Assembly: GCA_963676795.2 (NCBI GenBank)
Contig: CAXXTB010000002.1
Span: forward strand, 1,440,001 to 1,504,000
Direction of reading: 5' to 3'
From: Geopsychrobacteraceae bacterium
GTDB taxonomy: Bacteria > Desulfobacterota > Desulfuromonadia > Desulfuromonadales > Geopsychrobacteraceae
DNA: 64,000 nucleotides
Part shown: in pieces, positions 1 through 11,301 of the stretch
Layout: each line of letters opens with the position of its first letter
How positions within the stretch are numbered: position 1 is the first letter of the stretch
Position numbers and translations under genes: made by a program
Notes under the pieces: generated by a model
Told to the model about the DNA's origin: nothing
Seen by the model: only the letters and a program-made list of their open reading frames with translations
Databases searched by the model: none

Positions 1-2675
1 TGATCCGTAGAAGGAAGACGGTTGTTCGTGAGGCGGACGAGTCTGCGGATGCTGAAGCTGATCATGACGAAGTGGATCAACCCGCGGTAGCAGAATCGCC
101 GGTTGCTGAGGTTGTGGCTCAGCCTGAGGGAAAAGCGTCTGTAAAACCTTCCGAGCCGGTCGCTCGTGCCGTCGTAGAGCCTGCTGCTCCCGAGGTTGCT
201 GCTCCTGCAGAGAAACCTCCGGTCGAAGTGGCTGCTCCAGTCGCAGGGAAACCAGCCGCGCAACCTGAAGTAAAAGCGCAAGCTGTTGCTGAACCGGTTG
301 CCGAGCTCAAGGCAGAGTCCAAGCCAAAGGCCGTCCCGGTCGCCGAACAGGCTACGGCAGTTCAGGCTACGGTCAGGGCCGAAAAGCCGAAAAAGGAACA
401 CAAGACCGTGGATCGTCCATCCGGAGATCAGGCCAAGATTCTTGGCCGTGTCGATCTTTCTCAGGTCATGGCCCCTCCCGGAGCCAGAGGCGGAGACCGT
501 CAGTCGCGCCCGGCTCGTCCCGGGGGGCGTCCTGAACGTCCAGCAGGACGTACGGAACGTCCAGCAGGGCGCCCGGAACGTCCAGTAGGGCGCCCGGAAC
601 GTACCGATCGCCCGGACAGAGGTGTTGACCGTAATGCCAATCCATCTGCAGCACCGCGTAAGCGGGTCGATGTCACCGGTTTTCCGCCACCGATGGACCA
701 GCCTCTGCCTGAAAAAGAGGGGGCACGGACCAATAAGAAGCGTAAGAAGGGACGTCGCGATGAAGGAGATTTCGACGAGTCGGACGGCCGCGTATCACGC
801 CGCGGGCGCAGGGTTGAGGTCTTTGAGCCTGGCCGCCTGGCTGGCAAGAAAAAGCGTGGCAAACAGGGCAAACAGCTACGTCAGACCGAAGTTACCATCA
901 GTAAGGCGATCAAGCGGGTTATCCGCATCAGCGATTCGATCACCGTTGGTGAATTGGCCAAGCGGATGGGTGTCAAGGCCAACGAACTGATCGCCGAGTT
1001 GATGCGTCAGGGTTCGATGGTGACCATCAACCATCCGCTCGATTATGAATCTGCTGCAATTCTTGCTGCAGAGTTTCATTACGAGGTCGAGAACATAGCC
1101 TTTGATGAGGAGTCGATTCTTGAGGTGGTACAGGCCAGCGGCGATGAGGAAAGCAGCGAAGATCGCGAGATCCGCCCGCCGGTTGTAACCATCATGGGTC
1201 ATGTTGACCACGGTAAGACCAGTCTGCTCGATGCGATTCGTGCCGCTAACGTCACCGAAGGTGAGGCTGGCGGTATTACCCAGCATATCGGTGCTTATGA
1301 TGTCGAGATCGACGGTGGCAAGATCACCTTCCTCGACACCCCGGGTCACGAAGCATTTACTGCAATGCGTGCACGTGGCGCCGGTGTGACCGACATCGTT
1401 ATCCTGGTTGTTGCTGCAGACGACGGTGTCATGCCGCAGACCAAGGAAGCGATCAACCACTCCAAGGCCGCTGGTGTACCGATCATTGTTGCCATCAACA
1501 AGATCGACAAGCCTGAGGCCAACCCTGATCGGGTCAAGCAGGAGCTGACCGAGTTTGAACTGGTTCCGGAAGATTGGGGTGGCGATACGATCTATGTCGA
1601 GGTTTCGGCCAAGCAGAAGCTCAATCTTGACACCCTGCTGGAAATGATCCTGTTGCAGGCCGAGGTCCTTGAGCTCAAGGCCAATCCGACCAAGCGTGCC
1701 AAGGGCTCCATCGTCGAAGCTCGTCTTGATAAGGGGCGCGGCCCAGTTGCCACCGTTCTGGTTCAGGACGGTACGCTGAAGATCGGCGATTCCATTGTTG
1801 CGGGACAGCATTTCGGCCGTGTCCGTTCCATGACCGCTGCCAACGGTAAACAGGTCAAGGAGGCAGGACCTTCCTTCCCGGTTGAGGTCACCGGTCTTGG
1901 CGGAGTACCGGACGCCGGTGACACCTTCCATGCGGTTGAGAACGAAAAGGCCGCCAAGGACGTTGCTCAGCACCGTCAGTCGAAGCAGCGCGAGATCGAC
2001 TTGGCCAAGAGCAGCAAGGTCTCTCTGGATCAGCTCTTTGCCCGTATGCAGGAAGGTGTCGTTGAGGAACTGCCGGTTATTATCAAGGCTGACGTTCAGG
2101 GTTCCGTTGAGGCTGTTCGTGACGCTCTCGAGAAACTCTCGACCGCTGCATGTCGCCTGAACGTCATTCATACCGGTGTCGGTGGCGTCTCTGAAAGTGA
2201 CGTTACTCTGGCGACCGCCTCGAATGCGATTATTCTTGGTTTCAATGTTCGTCCGGAAGCCAAGGCCAAGACTCTGGCTGAAAACGAGAAGGTCGATATC
2301 CGTCTCTACAGCGTTATCTATGATGCTGTAAACGATGTACGTGATGCGATGGAAGGCCTGCTGGCACCGACTCTCAAAGAGAAAGAGCTCGGCCGGGTTG
2401 AAATCCGTGAGACCTTCCATGTCTCTCGGGTTGGCACCATCGCCGGTTGTTATGTTCTGGATGGTAAGATCCTGCGTAACGCCCAGACCCGCCTGGTTCG
2501 TGACAACGTTGTTGTCTGGGAAGGCAAACTCAACTCGCTCAAGCGCTTCAAGGATGATGTCCGTGAGGTCGCCAGCGGTTACGAATGTGGTATCGGTCTG
2601 GAAAACTACAACGACATCAAGGTCGGTGACATCCTTGAAGTCTTTGAGATGGAAGAGGTCAAGACCTCTCTTTAG
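1..2675 (+). CDS. infB: Translation initiation factor IF-2 (5' end lies before the window)
   Basis: GTPase motifs [13 protein letters not shown] and NKID plus the IF-2 C-terminal domains; the frame is open from base 3 (IRRRKTVV...), upstream of the ORF-track start at 72. Confidence 0.98.
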   Translation, partial: IRRRKTVVREADESADAEADHDEVDQPAVAESPVAEVVAQPEGKASVKPSEPVARAVVEPAAPEVAAPAEKPPVEVAAPVAGKPAAQPEVKAQAVAEPVAELKAESKPKAVPVAEQATAVQATVRAEKPKKEHKTVDRPSGDQAKILGRVDLSQVMAPPGARGGDRQSRPARPGGRPERPAGRTERPAGRPERPVGRPERTDRPDRGVDRNANPSAAPRKRVDVTGFPPPMDQPLPEKEGARTNKKRKKGRRDEGDFDESDGRVSRRGRRVEVFEPGRLAGKKKRGKQGKQLRQTEVTISKAIKRVIRISDSITVGELAKRMGVKANELIAELMRQGSMVTINHPLDYESAAILAAEFHYEVENIAFDEESILEVVQASGDEESSEDREIRPPVVTIMGHVDHGKTSLLDAIRAANVTEGEAGGITQHIGAYDVEIDGGKITFLDTPGHEAFTAMRARGAGVTDIVILVVAADDGVMPQTKEAINHSKAAGVPIIVAINKIDKPEANPDRVKQELTEFELVPEDWGGDTIYVEVSAKQKLNLDTLLEMILLQAEVLELKANPTKRAKGSIVEARLDKGRGPVATVLVQDGTLKIGDSIVAGQHFGRVRSMTAANGKQVKEAGPSFPVEVTGLGGVPDAGDTFHAVENEKAAKDVAQHRQSKQREIDLAKSSKVSLDQLFARMQEGVVEELPVIIKADVQGSVEAVRDALEKLSTAACRLNVIHTGVGGVSESDVTLATASNAIILGFNVRPEAKAKTLAENEKVDIRLYSVIYDAVNDVRDAMEGLLAPTLKEKELGRVEIRETFHVSRVGTIAGCYVLDGKILRNAQTRLVRDNVVVWEGKLNSLKRFKDDVREVASGYECGIGLENYNDIKVGDILEVFEMEEVKTSL
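527..618 (+). repeat. About 21-bp in-frame tandem repeat (RPERPAG-like, about 4 copies) in the variable IF-2 N-terminal region
   Basis: Protein reads [29 protein letters not shown]. Confidence 0.75.
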
Positions 2676-2688
2676 GTGAGGGTGGACT

Positions 2689-2991
2689 ATGGTTGTCGGT
2701 GTCATCAGACTGGATCTGCGCTTTTACCACACCCATAGTCTCAAGGATAAACGCTCCCGGGTTGCCCGTTTGCTCAGCCGCCTGCGGAGCAGATATCCTG
2801 TGTCTCTCGCTGAAGTTGGTCTGCTTGATATGCACCAGCGGGCGATTATCGGCGGTTCGATGACAGCTGCCGATGAAGCGATCATCAGAAAGGTCTTCGC
2901 TTCACTGGAGGCCGATATCGAAAAAGAAGGCAGTAGTGTTATCATCACTACTGATACAGAATATATCCAGTACGGAGATGTGGACAATTGA
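2689..2991 (+). CDS. DUF503 (YlxP-like) protein
   Basis: SLKDKR and EVG..D.HQRA motifs; typical position between infB and rbfA. Confidence 0.9.
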   Translation: MVVGVIRLDLRFYHTHSLKDKRSRVARLLSRLRSRYPVSLAEVGLLDMHQRAIIGGSMTAADEAIIRKVFASLEADIEKEGSSVIITTDTEYIQYGDVDN

Positions 2992-3356
2992 GCGGTTATC
3001 GTCCTGAAAAAGTAGGTGAACAGATTCTTAAGGAAGCGTCAGAACTGCTGATGTTTTCGATCAAGGATCCTCGCGTTGCAGCGGTTACCCTGACCGGTGT
3101 CGAGGTTTCGCGAGATATTAGCGTGGCGAAGATCTTTTATACCCTGTCGGGGGATGCGGCTGAGCGCAAAGAAGCGGAGCAGGGGCTCAAAAGTGTTACT
3201 CCTTATATCCGCAAACAATTGAGCCAGGTGATGAGCCTGCGTTTCATGCCAGCGATCCGTTTTGTTTACGATTCCTCTGTCAGCTACGGCCAGCGTATCG
3301 ATGAACTTCTCCATCAGGTCAAGGACGATTTGGATGATTCTTCAGCAGATAGCTGA
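2988..3356 (+). CDS. rbfA: Ribosome-binding factor A
   Basis: IKDPRV, VEVSRD and P.IRFVYD.S motifs; synteny. Confidence 0.96.
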   Translation: MSGYRPEKVGEQILKEASELLMFSIKDPRVAAVTLTGVEVSRDISVAKIFYTLSGDAAERKEAEQGLKSVTPYIRKQLSQVMSLRFMPAIRFVYDSSVSYGQRIDELLHQVKDDLDDSSADS

Positions 3357-4284
3357 ACTTGTTGAGCGCAGCAACTCTTTTATCGTTCTCGCTCATGAGG
3401 GGCCTGACGGCGATGCTATCGGCTCGACCCTGGGGCTGGCGATGGCGCTGCGTGAAAACGGCAAAGAGGTGGTTGCCTACAATGTAGATGGCGTCCCTCA
3501 GATGATGGGCTTTTTGTCCGGCAGTGAAATGCTCGTTTCCAGTGTTGAACCCGGCCGTCAGTTCGATGTGGCTTTTGTTCTGGATGCTGGTGAGCTGAGC
3601 AGGGTAAGGCTAGCGGTTGAGACCATGTCTCAGACTCTGGTCAATATCGACCATCACCCGCATTCCGATTTCGGTGATATCTGTTATCTGGATACGACCG
3701 CCAGCGCAACGGCTGTCCTGATCTACCGTTTACTCCAGGCCTGCCGTTATCCGGTCAGTCTGGACGTTGCCAATTCCCTTTATCTGGGTCTGCTGGCCGA
3801 TACCGGTTCGTTCCGCTATTCAAGCGCCAACGGTGAGGCGTTCAGGGTTGCCGGCGAGCTTGTCGCTCTGGGTGTGGATCCCTGGAACATCGCAAGTACC
3901 CTCTACGAGAGTTATCCGGTTGAAAGAATGAAGCTGTTGGGGCGGGTTCTGCCGACACTGCATGTCTCCGCCTGTGGCCGTTATGCCTCGTTGAGTATGC
4001 TCAAGGCCGATTTACAGGCCGTCGGGGCCTGTGAGGAGCATGCTGACGGATTTGTTAACTATGCCCGGGCCGTTCGCGGTGTCGAGGTCGCTCTGTTCTT
4101 CAGTCAGATTGAAGAGTCGCTGTTCAAGGTCAGCTTCCGTTCCCGCGGTGCAGTCGATGTCGGTACTCTGTCCCGCGAGCTGGGGGGCGGTGGTCATCAT
4201 AATGCTGCCGGTGCCAAGCTGACCGGTGATCTTGATCAGGTCAGATCGACCGTCTATAAACTTATCGATCAATTACTGAAATAA
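3334..4284 (+). CDS. DHH/DHHA1 phosphoesterase (NrnA-like oligoribonuclease/pAp phosphatase)
   Basis: H..PDGD, IDHH, DTGSF and GGGGH motifs; ATG at 3334 overlaps the end of rbfA. Confidence 0.92.
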   Translation: MILQQIAELVERSNSFIVLAHEGPDGDAIGSTLGLAMALRENGKEVVAYNVDGVPQMMGFLSGSEMLVSSVEPGRQFDVAFVLDAGELSRVRLAVETMSQTLVNIDHHPHSDFGDICYLDTTASATAVLIYRLLQACRYPVSLDVANSLYLGLLADTGSFRYSSANGEAFRVAGELVALGVDPWNIASTLYESYPVERMKLLGRVLPTLHVSACGRYASLSMLKADLQAVGACEEHADGFVNYARAVRGVEVALFFSQIEESLFKVSFRSRGAVDVGTLSRELGGGGHHNAAGAKLTGDLDQVRSTVYKLIDQLLK

Positions 4285-4288
4285 TTAC

Positions 4289-5191
4289 GTGCACGGTCTG
4301 CTTCTTATCGATAAGCCTGCGGGTATATCGTCCACCGATGTGGTGCGCGATGTGCGCCGCCTGTTCAAGACCCGCAAGGTCGGTCATGCCGGAACCCTCG
4401 ACCCTATGGCGACGGGGGTTCTGCCTGTTGCCGTCGGTGACGGGACCAAGATTCTCCAGTTTCTTCTCAATGACCGCAAGGCATACCGGGCTGAGCTGAA
4501 GTTCGGTCAAACCACAGATACCTACGATTCCGAAGGAACGGTGCTGACAGAGCGGCCTGTTCCCGAGCTGACTTTCGAGCACCTCGATCAGGTCTGTGAA
4601 GCCTTCCGCGGTGATATTCTCCAGATTCCGCCCATGTACTCCGCGCTCAAGAAGGATGGTGTGCCGCTCTACAAGCTGGCGCGTAAAGGTGAGGTCATAG
4701 AGCGTGAAGCCCGTCCGGTAACGATCTATCAACTTGATATCGTCGCCCTGGCCGGGGATAGGGCGACGATCAACGTTTGCTGTTCCAAGGGAACCTATAT
4801 CCGCAGTCTGATCTACGACATCGGTGAGGCACTTGGGTGTGGTGCTCATATGACCGCTCTGCGCAGGACGGCCAGCGCGGGCTTCCGGATTGACGAATGT
4901 GTCGGACTGGAAGATCTGAAGCAGATGGCAACCCCCCAGGACTGTCTGCTGCCGGTCGAAGAGGCTGTGCGTGAATGTCCTTCTGTTGAGGTTGCTGAGG
5001 TTGCGGTGGAACGCTTGAATTGTGGAGTGCCACCGACCCTGGCCGAGGTTATTGTTGATGACTCGATACCGTCTGGTTCGCTGGTCAGGCTGATGCATCA
5101 GGGGCGACTCTGGGCGATGGCTCGTTACGCTCCGCATCGGGAACAGGAAAAGCGGGGTGATTTTGAGCTTATCCGAGTTTTTACCCGTTGA
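4289..5191 (+). CDS. truB: tRNA pseudouridine(55) synthase
   Basis: KVGHAGTLDPMATG, PPMYSA.K and GTYIRS motifs. Confidence 0.97.
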   Translation: MHGLLLIDKPAGISSTDVVRDVRRLFKTRKVGHAGTLDPMATGVLPVAVGDGTKILQFLLNDRKAYRAELKFGQTTDTYDSEGTVLTERPVPELTFEHLDQVCEAFRGDILQIPPMYSALKKDGVPLYKLARKGEVIEREARPVTIYQLDIVALAGDRATINVCCSKGTYIRSLIYDIGEALGCGAHMTALRRTASAGFRIDECVGLEDLKQMATPQDCLLPVEEAVRECPSVEVAEVAVERLNCGVPPTLAEVIVDDSIPSGSLVRLMHQGRLWAMARYAPHREQEKRGDFELIRVFTR

Positions 5192-5308
5192 TAAAGTAGA
5201 GATTAGCCTTTACAGAACTTGTGAAAACATGGTAGTAATCGCAGTCTTGACAACAAATGACAAACAGCCACGCCACTGGCTATACAGATAACGCAAAAGG
5301 AGAATGAC

Positions 5309-5575
5309 GTGCTCGTCACAGAACGCAAACAGGAAATTATCGAAAAATTCAAGCGTCACGAAGGTGATACCGGTTCCCCGGAAGTGCAGATCGCTCTGCT
5401 GACCGAAAGAATCAACTACCTGACTGACCACTTCAAAACCCACAAGAAAGATCACCACTCCCGTCGTGGTCTGCTGAAGATGGTCGGCCAGCGCCGCCGA
5501 CTGCTCGACTACCTGATCAAACAGGATGTCGAGCGTTATCGGACGATCATTCAGGAACTGGGTCTTCGCCGCTAA
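5309..5575 (+). CDS. rpsO: 30S ribosomal protein S15
   Basis: [13 protein letters not shown] and [28 protein letters not shown] upstream. Confidence 0.99.
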   Translation: MLVTERKQEIIEKFKRHEGDTGSPEVQIALLTERINYLTDHFKTHKKDHHSRRGLLKMVGQRRRLLDYLIKQDVERYRTIIQELGLRR

Positions 5576-5581
5576 AAAAAT

Positions 5582-5617
5582 GAAGCAGCATGTCTCCTTG
5601 TGGGGCATGCTGCTTTC
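5582..5617 (+). terminator. Hairpin after rpsO (probable intrinsic terminator)
   Basis: gaagcagcatgtc / ggcatgctgctttc inverted repeat, A-run before it, short T-run after it. Confidence 0.6.
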
Positions 5618-5633
5618 GTATCTATGTACATGA

Positions 5634-5772
5634 CAGGGTGTTGTGAAACGTTTTCGAGGCAGCAAGTGCAAGGCGAAAATTGCCGAATAAGCGCAGTTTA
5701 CACCAGTAAATGAGCATTTTGAGGCAATTTTTAACGCCGCAATTGCAACGCAGATAGTTTTTCAACAGCCTG
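5634..5772. mobile_element. MITE-like palindromic element (139 bp)
   Basis: Terminal IRs cagggtgttgtgaaac / gtttttcaacagcctg; internal palindrome aaaattgcc...tttac-acca-gtaaa...ggcaatttt. Confidence 0.7.
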
Positions 5773-5897
5773 AGTAGTTTGAGGGAGGCTGTCCGGAGAG
5801 AGTTTCCAATGCGATTGGTAATTGTCTCAGGCCATCCTCCTGATGCTTTTAACCCGTATTGCTGATGGCAGTAATACAAAAAGAGGAGTAATAAATT

Positions 5898-7997
5898 ATG
5901 GCCTATCAAAAGGTTCAGGTAGAATTCAATGGTCAACCACTGACAATCGAAACCGGTAAAGTCGCTCGTCAGGCCGACGGTGCAGTTATCGTCACTTATG
6001 GCGAGACCAAGGTCCTTTGTACCGTTGTTTCCGCCAAGAAAATGCGTGAAGGGCAGGATTTCTTCCCGCTGACTGTCAACTACCAGGAAAAATTTTACGC
6101 CAGCGGCAAGATCCCGGGTTCTTTCTTCCGTCGTGAGCGTGGTGCTACTGAGCGTGAAACCCTCATCTGTCGTCTGATCGACCGTCCACTGCGTCCGCTG
6201 TTCCCGAAAGGCTACATGTTCGAAACCCAGATCATGCCGACCGTTATCTCGGCTGATATGGTCAACGATCCGGATACCCTGGCCATGGTTGCTGCATCTG
6301 CCTGTCTGAGTGTTTCCGGCATTCCGTTCGCAGGTCCGATCGCCGGTGTCCGTGTCGGCCGTATCGATGGTCAGTTCGTCGCCAACCCGACTCGTGAGCA
6401 GATGGAGCAGAGCGACGTCGAGATCGTCATGTCCGGTTCCAAGGATGCCGTCATGATGGTTGAGGGGGAAGCCAAGTTCCTCTCTGAAGCAGAAATGCTT
6501 GACGCTATCTTCTTCGGCCATGCCGCGATTCAGCCGCTGATCGCCCTGCAGGAAGAGCTGGCCAAGCTGGTCAACAAGGAGCCTCGCGAGTTTGCCGCTC
6601 CGGTGAAGGATGAAGAACTGGTCGCCAAGGTCGTAAGCCTTGCCGAGGCCAAGGTTGTCGAGGCAGTCAAGATCAGCTCCAAGCAGGAGCGCTACGCTGC
6701 TCTTGCCGATATCCGTAGCGCAGTCAAGGAAGAGCTGGCTGAAGTTTACGAAGGGCGTGAAGAAGAGATCTCCGCAGCTCTCGGCAGCGTAGAGAAAACC
6801 GTTGTCCGTCAGATGGTCGCCCGCGACAAGATCCGTATCGACGGCCGCAAGATGGACGAGATCCGTCCGATCACCTGTGAAGTCGGTGTTCTGCCGCGCG
6901 CTCACGGTAGTGCCCTGTTTACCCGCGGTGAAACCCAGGCCCTGGTCACCACCACGCTTGGCACCGCCAGCGATGAGCAACGCATCGACAACGTGCAGGG
7001 GATGGAGTTCAAGAAGTTCATGCTCCACTACAACTTCCCTCCATTCTGTGTTGGTGAAACCAGCATGCGTCTGTTCCCGGGCCGCCGTGAAATTGGTCAT
7101 GGTATGCTGGCAGAGCGCAGTGCTGCCCAGATCCTGCCGACTCAGGAGCAGTTCCCGTACACCATCCGTATCGTTTCCGATGTCCTCGAGTCGAACGGTT
7201 CCTCTTCCATGGCTTCGGTCTGTGGCGCTTCGCTGTCACTGATGGACGCCGGTGTTCCTGTCAAGGAACCGATTGCCGGTATCGCCATGGGTCTGATCAA
7301 GGAAGGTGATGACTACGCGATTCTCTCTGACATCCTCGGTGATGAGGATCACCTGGGTGACATGGACTTCAAGGTCACCGGTACGGCCAACGGTATTACC
7401 GCGCTGCAGATGGATATCAAGATCACCGGCGTGACCAAGGAGATCATGCAGAACGCTCTGGATCAGGCCCGTGCCGGCCGTATCCATATCCTCGGTGAGA
7501 TGGCCAAGGCGATCGATGCCTCCCGTGATGATCTTTCCCAGTACGCTCCGCGTATCACCACCATCAAGGTCAAGTCCGATCAGGTCCGTACCGTCATCGG
7601 TTCCGGTGGCAAGAACGTCCGCGGCATCATCGATGCGACCGGTTGCGCCATCGACATTCAGGACGACGGCACCATCAATATCGCATCCGCTGACGGCGTA
7701 GCCGCCAAGAAGGCGATCAAGATGATCCGCGAACTGACCCAGGAGCCGGAAGTCGACAAGCTCTACATGGGTACCGTCAAGAAGATCATGGAATTCGGTG
7801 CCTTTGTTGAAATCTTCTCCGGTACCGACGGTCTGGTTCACGTTTCTGAGCTCGCCAATGAGCGCGTCAAGAACGTGACCGACGTTCTCAACGAAGGGGA
7901 TCAGGTCCTGGTCAAGTGTATCGGCGTCGATCGTCAGGGCAAGATCAAACTGTCCCGCAAGGCTGCCCTTGGCCTGGAACTTCCTGAAGAGGATTAG
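5898..7997 (+). CDS. pnp: Polyribonucleotide nucleotidyltransferase (PNPase)
   Basis: [21 protein letters not shown] and [10 protein letters not shown] motifs; KH and S1 domains. Confidence 0.99.
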   Translation: MAYQKVQVEFNGQPLTIETGKVARQADGAVIVTYGETKVLCTVVSAKKMREGQDFFPLTVNYQEKFYASGKIPGSFFRRERGATERETLICRLIDRPLRPLFPKGYMFETQIMPTVISADMVNDPDTLAMVAASACLSVSGIPFAGPIAGVRVGRIDGQFVANPTREQMEQSDVEIVMSGSKDAVMMVEGEAKFLSEAEMLDAIFFGHAAIQPLIALQEELAKLVNKEPREFAAPVKDEELVAKVVSLAEAKVVEAVKISSKQERYAALADIRSAVKEELAEVYEGREEEISAALGSVEKTVVRQMVARDKIRIDGRKMDEIRPITCEVGVLPRAHGSALFTRGETQALVTTTLGTASDEQRIDNVQGMEFKKFMLHYNFPPFCVGETSMRLFPGRREIGHGMLAERSAAQILPTQEQFPYTIRIVSDVLESNGSSSMASVCGASLSLMDAGVPVKEPIAGIAMGLIKEGDDYAILSDILGDEDHLGDMDFKVTGTANGITALQMDIKITGVTKEIMQNALDQARAGRIHILGEMAKAIDASRDDLSQYAPRITTIKVKSDQVRTVIGSGGKNVRGIIDATGCAIDIQDDGTINIASADGVAAKKAIKMIRELTQEPEVDKLYMGTVKKIMEFGAFVEIFSGTDGLVHVSELANERVKNVTDVLNEGDQVLVKCIGVDRQGKIKLSRKAALGLELPEED

Positions 7998-8026
7998 TCT
8001 TTTTTTTGAGACTTCAGTATAATAAT

Positions 8027-8057
8027 GCCGGTACGGGGTCTCCCGTACCGGTTTTTT
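8027..8057 (+). terminator. Intrinsic terminator after pnp
   Basis: ccggtacggg-gtct-cccgtaccgg followed by a T-run. Confidence 0.8.
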
Positions 8058-8064
8058 GTTTCTT

Positions 8065-8164
8065 CCTTCTCCATGAGGGAGAAGGTGTCCGAAGGGCGGA
8101 TGAGTGGGGACCTTGTACTGCGGCGTATTCCCCTCACCCTGGCCCTCTCCCTCGGGGAGAGGGG
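8065..8164. repeat. REP/BoxC-like inverted pair (ccctcaccctggccctctccc-type)
   Basis: ccttctcc-atga-gggagaagg...gatgagtgggg facing cccctcaccctggccctctccctcggggagagggg. Confidence 0.65.
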
Positions 8165-8211
8165 ATGTGTTATAGAAATTTTGAAACCGTATCTTTTTTT
8201 GAGGATTTATT

Positions 8212-8658
8212 ATGCAATCACCCGTAATCCGTATTAAAAAGCTTCATCCGCAGGCGATTGTTCCGAAATACATGACGGAACTCGCCGCCGGTCTGGATGT
8301 CTGTGCCACCCCGGAACAGCCGATCTGTCTGGAACCTGGTCAGCGTTGCCTGGTCCCGACCGGGTTGGCTATGGCCATACCGGCCGGCTACGAGGTGCAG
8401 GTCCGGCCGCGTTCAGGGTTGGCGATCAAGCACGGCATCTCGCTGGTCAATTCGCCGGGAACGATCGACGCCGACTATCGGGGTGAGATCGGGGTCATCA
8501 TGATCAATCACGGCCAGGAGGCTTTTGTGATTAATCCGGGGGAGCGTATTGCTCAACTGGTTGTCGCCCAGGTCTGTCAGGCAGAGCTTGTAGAGGTTGA
8601 CGAGCTTTGTGAAACTGCTCGGGGTGCCGGTGGCTTCGGCCATACCGGAAAGAGTTGA
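8212..8658 (+). CDS. dut: dUTP diphosphatase
   Basis: [26 protein letters not shown] and [10 protein letters not shown] motifs. Confidence 0.98.
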   Translation: MQSPVIRIKKLHPQAIVPKYMTELAAGLDVCATPEQPICLEPGQRCLVPTGLAMAIPAGYEVQVRPRSGLAIKHGISLVNSPGTIDADYRGEIGVIMINHGQEAFVINPGERIAQLVVAQVCQAELVEVDELCETARGAGGFGHTGKS

Positions 8659-8660
8659 TC

Positions 8661-8933
8661 ATGTGTGATTGTAGCGATCCGAGAGATCTGCTCGAGTTTC
8701 CCTGTCACTACCAGTTCAAGGCTGTTGGGCTGGCGGGAGAGGCTTTCGAGCAGGCTGTCTTTTCCGCTGTTGAGAGCCATGTCCAGGTTTCCCGCGATGC
8801 TCTGCGCAGCAGGCCGAGCGGCAAGGGAACCTATCAGTCCGTGTCGGTGCTGGTCACCTTGCATAACTATGAGCAATTGACTAGTATTTATGCTGAACTG
8901 AAAAAAATCGATGAGCTGAAGTTCTTACTCTAA
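8661..8933 (+). CDS. DUF493 (YbeD-like) protein
   Basis: LEFPC.Y.FKAVG and RPSGKGTY.SVSV motifs. Confidence 0.88.
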   Translation: MCDCSDPRDLLEFPCHYQFKAVGLAGEAFEQAVFSAVESHVQVSRDALRSRPSGKGTYQSVSVLVTLHNYEQLTSIYAELKKIDELKFLL

Positions 8934-8960
8934 CCTGAACCCTGAATATGTGGTCGAGCG

Positions 8961-9569
8961 ATGTTGCTAGAGATCAACCCCTATAATCCCCAGCCAAGGC
9001 TGGTGAAGCAGATTGTCGAATGTCTGAAAAACGGTGGTGTCATCGTCTATCCGACCGATACGACCTATGGTCTGGGCTGCGACATTTTCAACGCCAAGGC
9101 GGTCAAACGGATTTTTCAGATCAAGCAGCGGGATAAGAACAAACCCTTTTCCTTCATCTGTAACGATCTGTCCGATATTTCGACATACGCCCGGGTCAGC
9201 AACTTCGCATTCAAGATCATGAAGCGCCATCTGCCCGGTGCCTATACCTTCGTTCTTGAAGCGACGAAGATTGTCCCCGATTCACTCAGCACTAAACAGA
9301 AAACGGTCGGGATCCGCATTCCGGATAACGCGATCTGTCGGGCGATCGTTGAGGAACTTGGGCATCCGCTGGTGACCACCAGCGCCAATATCTCCGGAGA
9401 AGAAACCCCCGAAGATCCCTACGAGATCAATCAGATCCTTGGTAATCAGGTCGACTACGTCATCGATGGTGGTATCATGGTCAGTGATGCATCCACCGTC
9501 ATCAGCCTGCTCGATGATCAGATTGAGATACTGCGTCAAGGGAGTGGGGATACCTCCTGGATCGATTAG
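8961..9569 (+). CDS. Sua5/YciO/YrdC-family threonylcarbamoyl-AMP synthase-like protein
   Basis: YPTDTTYGLGC, IKQR, TVGIRIP and TSAN motifs. Confidence 0.93.
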   Translation: MLLEINPYNPQPRLVKQIVECLKNGGVIVYPTDTTYGLGCDIFNAKAVKRIFQIKQRDKNKPFSFICNDLSDISTYARVSNFAFKIMKRHLPGAYTFVLEATKIVPDSLSTKQKTVGIRIPDNAICRAIVEELGHPLVTTSANISGEETPEDPYEINQILGNQVDYVIDGGIMVSDASTVISLLDDQIEILRQGSGDTSWID

Positions 9570-9714
9570 GTTTGTTGTCAGCTAAAATCAAACTCCGCGA
9601 TGCGGAGTTTTTCGATTCTGCCCGTTTGATGAGCTCGCTCATCACAGGGCGCGCTGTCAGTAGCTGCTACCAGTCTTGTAATGAGAATCCCGCCAACTTT
9701 CGCCAGTATTGGAA

Positions 9715-9895
9715 GGCTGCTTTTTGCCTACTTTTTTCAGCCTGTAAAAAAGTAGGGCGCCGTACGGGCGCGCGAGCCCGTGCTTTTGACCGTCAAGTTC
9801 CTGAAAATCAAGATCTGAACCGCCGGTTCCCGTACCGGCAGACGTCACCCTTTTTCTTTGATCGCTAAGAAAAAGGGTGGAAAAAGAAACTCTAT
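9715..9895. repeat. Two inverted copies of a double-hairpin MITE/REP-like unit
   Basis: + copy: T-run, ctactttttt..aaaaaagtag, then acgggc..gcccgt. Minus copy: T-run, caccctttttctt..aagaaaaagggtg, then gccggt..accggc. Confidence 0.55.
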
Positions 9896-9950
9896 AAAAA
9901 CACTGACGTAGTTTGTTGCTGGTGCTCTTCCCCCCCTGTGTCAGGATAGA

Positions 9951-10115
9951 TGTCGCCTCTCTTTGATATTCTTTGAGTAAACCCGAGGGGCTGAAAGTGA
10001 GACCGAAATGAGTCAATATCCTGAAGATTTGAAGGCGAGCATCATTGCCCGACTTCTGCCACCAGAGAACGCCAGTGTTCCCGGCTTAATTGCATGAAAC
10101 TGGCGTAAGTCCTTC
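9951..10115 (+). pseudogene. IS3-family transposase remnant (left end plus frameshifted OrfA start)
   Basis: TGTCGC start at 9951; ATG 10008 gives MSQYPEDLKASIIARLLPPENASVPGL, and ETGVS continues in a shifted frame, resembling an IS3 OrfA HTH N-terminus. Confidence 0.6.
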
Positions 10116-10201
10116 TTGTTGTTCATGATCGGGCAGAATCGAATTATGGAAAGGCCAGAAACAGACTTATTGAGAACCGTCGGCAAAAATGCCGATGGTT
10201 C

Positions 10202-11269
10202 TCAACTGAATGTCATCTTCCTTTCCAGATCCATCGACTTGGAGATCCGTTTCGCATCGTTGATGGAAATCCGGTCATTCTTGCAGAGCTGGATCAGGTG
10301 CTGATCCATGGTCTGCATCTGGTACTGTGCCTGGCCTTTTTCGATAAGGCCCTCGATTTCGTTCAGCTTCCCGTCACGGATACAGGCCTGAATGGTCGTC
10401 GTTGAGCGCATGATTTCGACGACCGGGAGGATCTGCTCTCCCGTTTTATCTTCAATAAGCCGCAGCGAGACAATCGCCACCAGGGCATCCGCCAGGCGCT
10501 GACGCATGATTTCCTGCGATTCCGGTGGATAGTGACCGATAATGCGGTTGATTGTCGATACGGCTCCTTGAGTGTGCAGCGTGGAAAAGACCAGGTGGCC
10601 CGTTTCCGAGGCCTTGATGCAGGCGTCTATCGTCTCCAGATCGCGCAGCTCTCCGACCATGATGACGTCCGGGTCCATGCGCAGAGAGGCTTTGAGTGCA
10701 GCACTGAAGCTTTCGGTATCGATATGCACTTCACGTTGAATGACACAGCTTCTTTTAGAGGTGAAAAGAAACTCGACAGGATCTTCAATGGTGATGATGT
10801 TGAAGGCGTATTTATCGTTGATGTAGTCAATCATCGAGGCCAGTGTCGTCGACTTGCCGTTGCCGGTCGGGCCTGTGACCAGGATCAGTCCGTTAGGCGC
10901 CTTGACGATTTCTGACAGGACTGCTGGGAGCTTCAACTGCTCAAAGTTTCCGATTTCAGGTGGTATGACCCGCATGACGATGCCGATATGGCCACGTTGC
11001 TTGAAAATACTGGCCCTGAACCTTCCGCCATTGTTGAGGGCGTATGACGCGTCAAATTCGGTGAAATCTTCAGGGAGTTCCCGCAGGTTTTTGGCCATGA
11101 TGATCTTGGCGACAAAGGCGGTGTCTTCAGGTTTCAGGTTGGGTAGTTTGGATCTGAGCAGTTGTCCATGGGCTCTGAAGAATGGTGGGTTGTCGACTTC
11201 AAAATGGATATCAGATACACGCTTGGCAAAAGCGATTTCTAGAATCTGATTGAGCATCTTTATATCCAT
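10202..11269 (-). CDS. PilT/PilU-family type IV pilus ATPase
   Basis: SDIH, Walker A GPTGNGKST, TIEDPVE, DPDVIMVGE and TGHLVFSTLH. Confidence 0.92.
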   Translation of the reverse strand: MDIKMLNQILEIAFAKRVSDIHFEVDNPPFFRAHGQLLRSKLPNLKPEDTAFVAKIIMAKNLRELPEDFTEFDASYALNNGGRFRASIFKQRGHIGIVMRVIPPEIGNFEQLKLPAVLSEIVKAPNGLILVTGPTGNGKSTTLASMIDYINDKYAFNIITIEDPVEFLFTSKRSCVIQREVHIDTESFSAALKASLRMDPDVIMVGELRDLETIDACIKASETGHLVFSTLHTQGAVSTINRIIGHYPPESQEIMRQRLADALVAIVSLRLIEDKTGEQILPVVEIMRSTTTIQACIRDGKLNEIEGLIEKGQAQYQMQTMDQHLIQLCKNDRISINDAKRISKSMDLERKMTFS

Positions 11270-11301
11270 GGTTTGTACTCCTTATAATCAATCTCAATCT
11301 G

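Noticed and set aside
5192..5308. S15 autoregulatory leader or promoter
   Set aside because: Plausible by position, but I could not confirm a structure or a well-spaced -35/-10 pair
876..7841. Long antisense ORFs (876-2705, 4262-5137, 5622-7100, 7236-7841)
   Set aside because: Shadow frames of codon-biased housekeeping genes with no recognisable motifs
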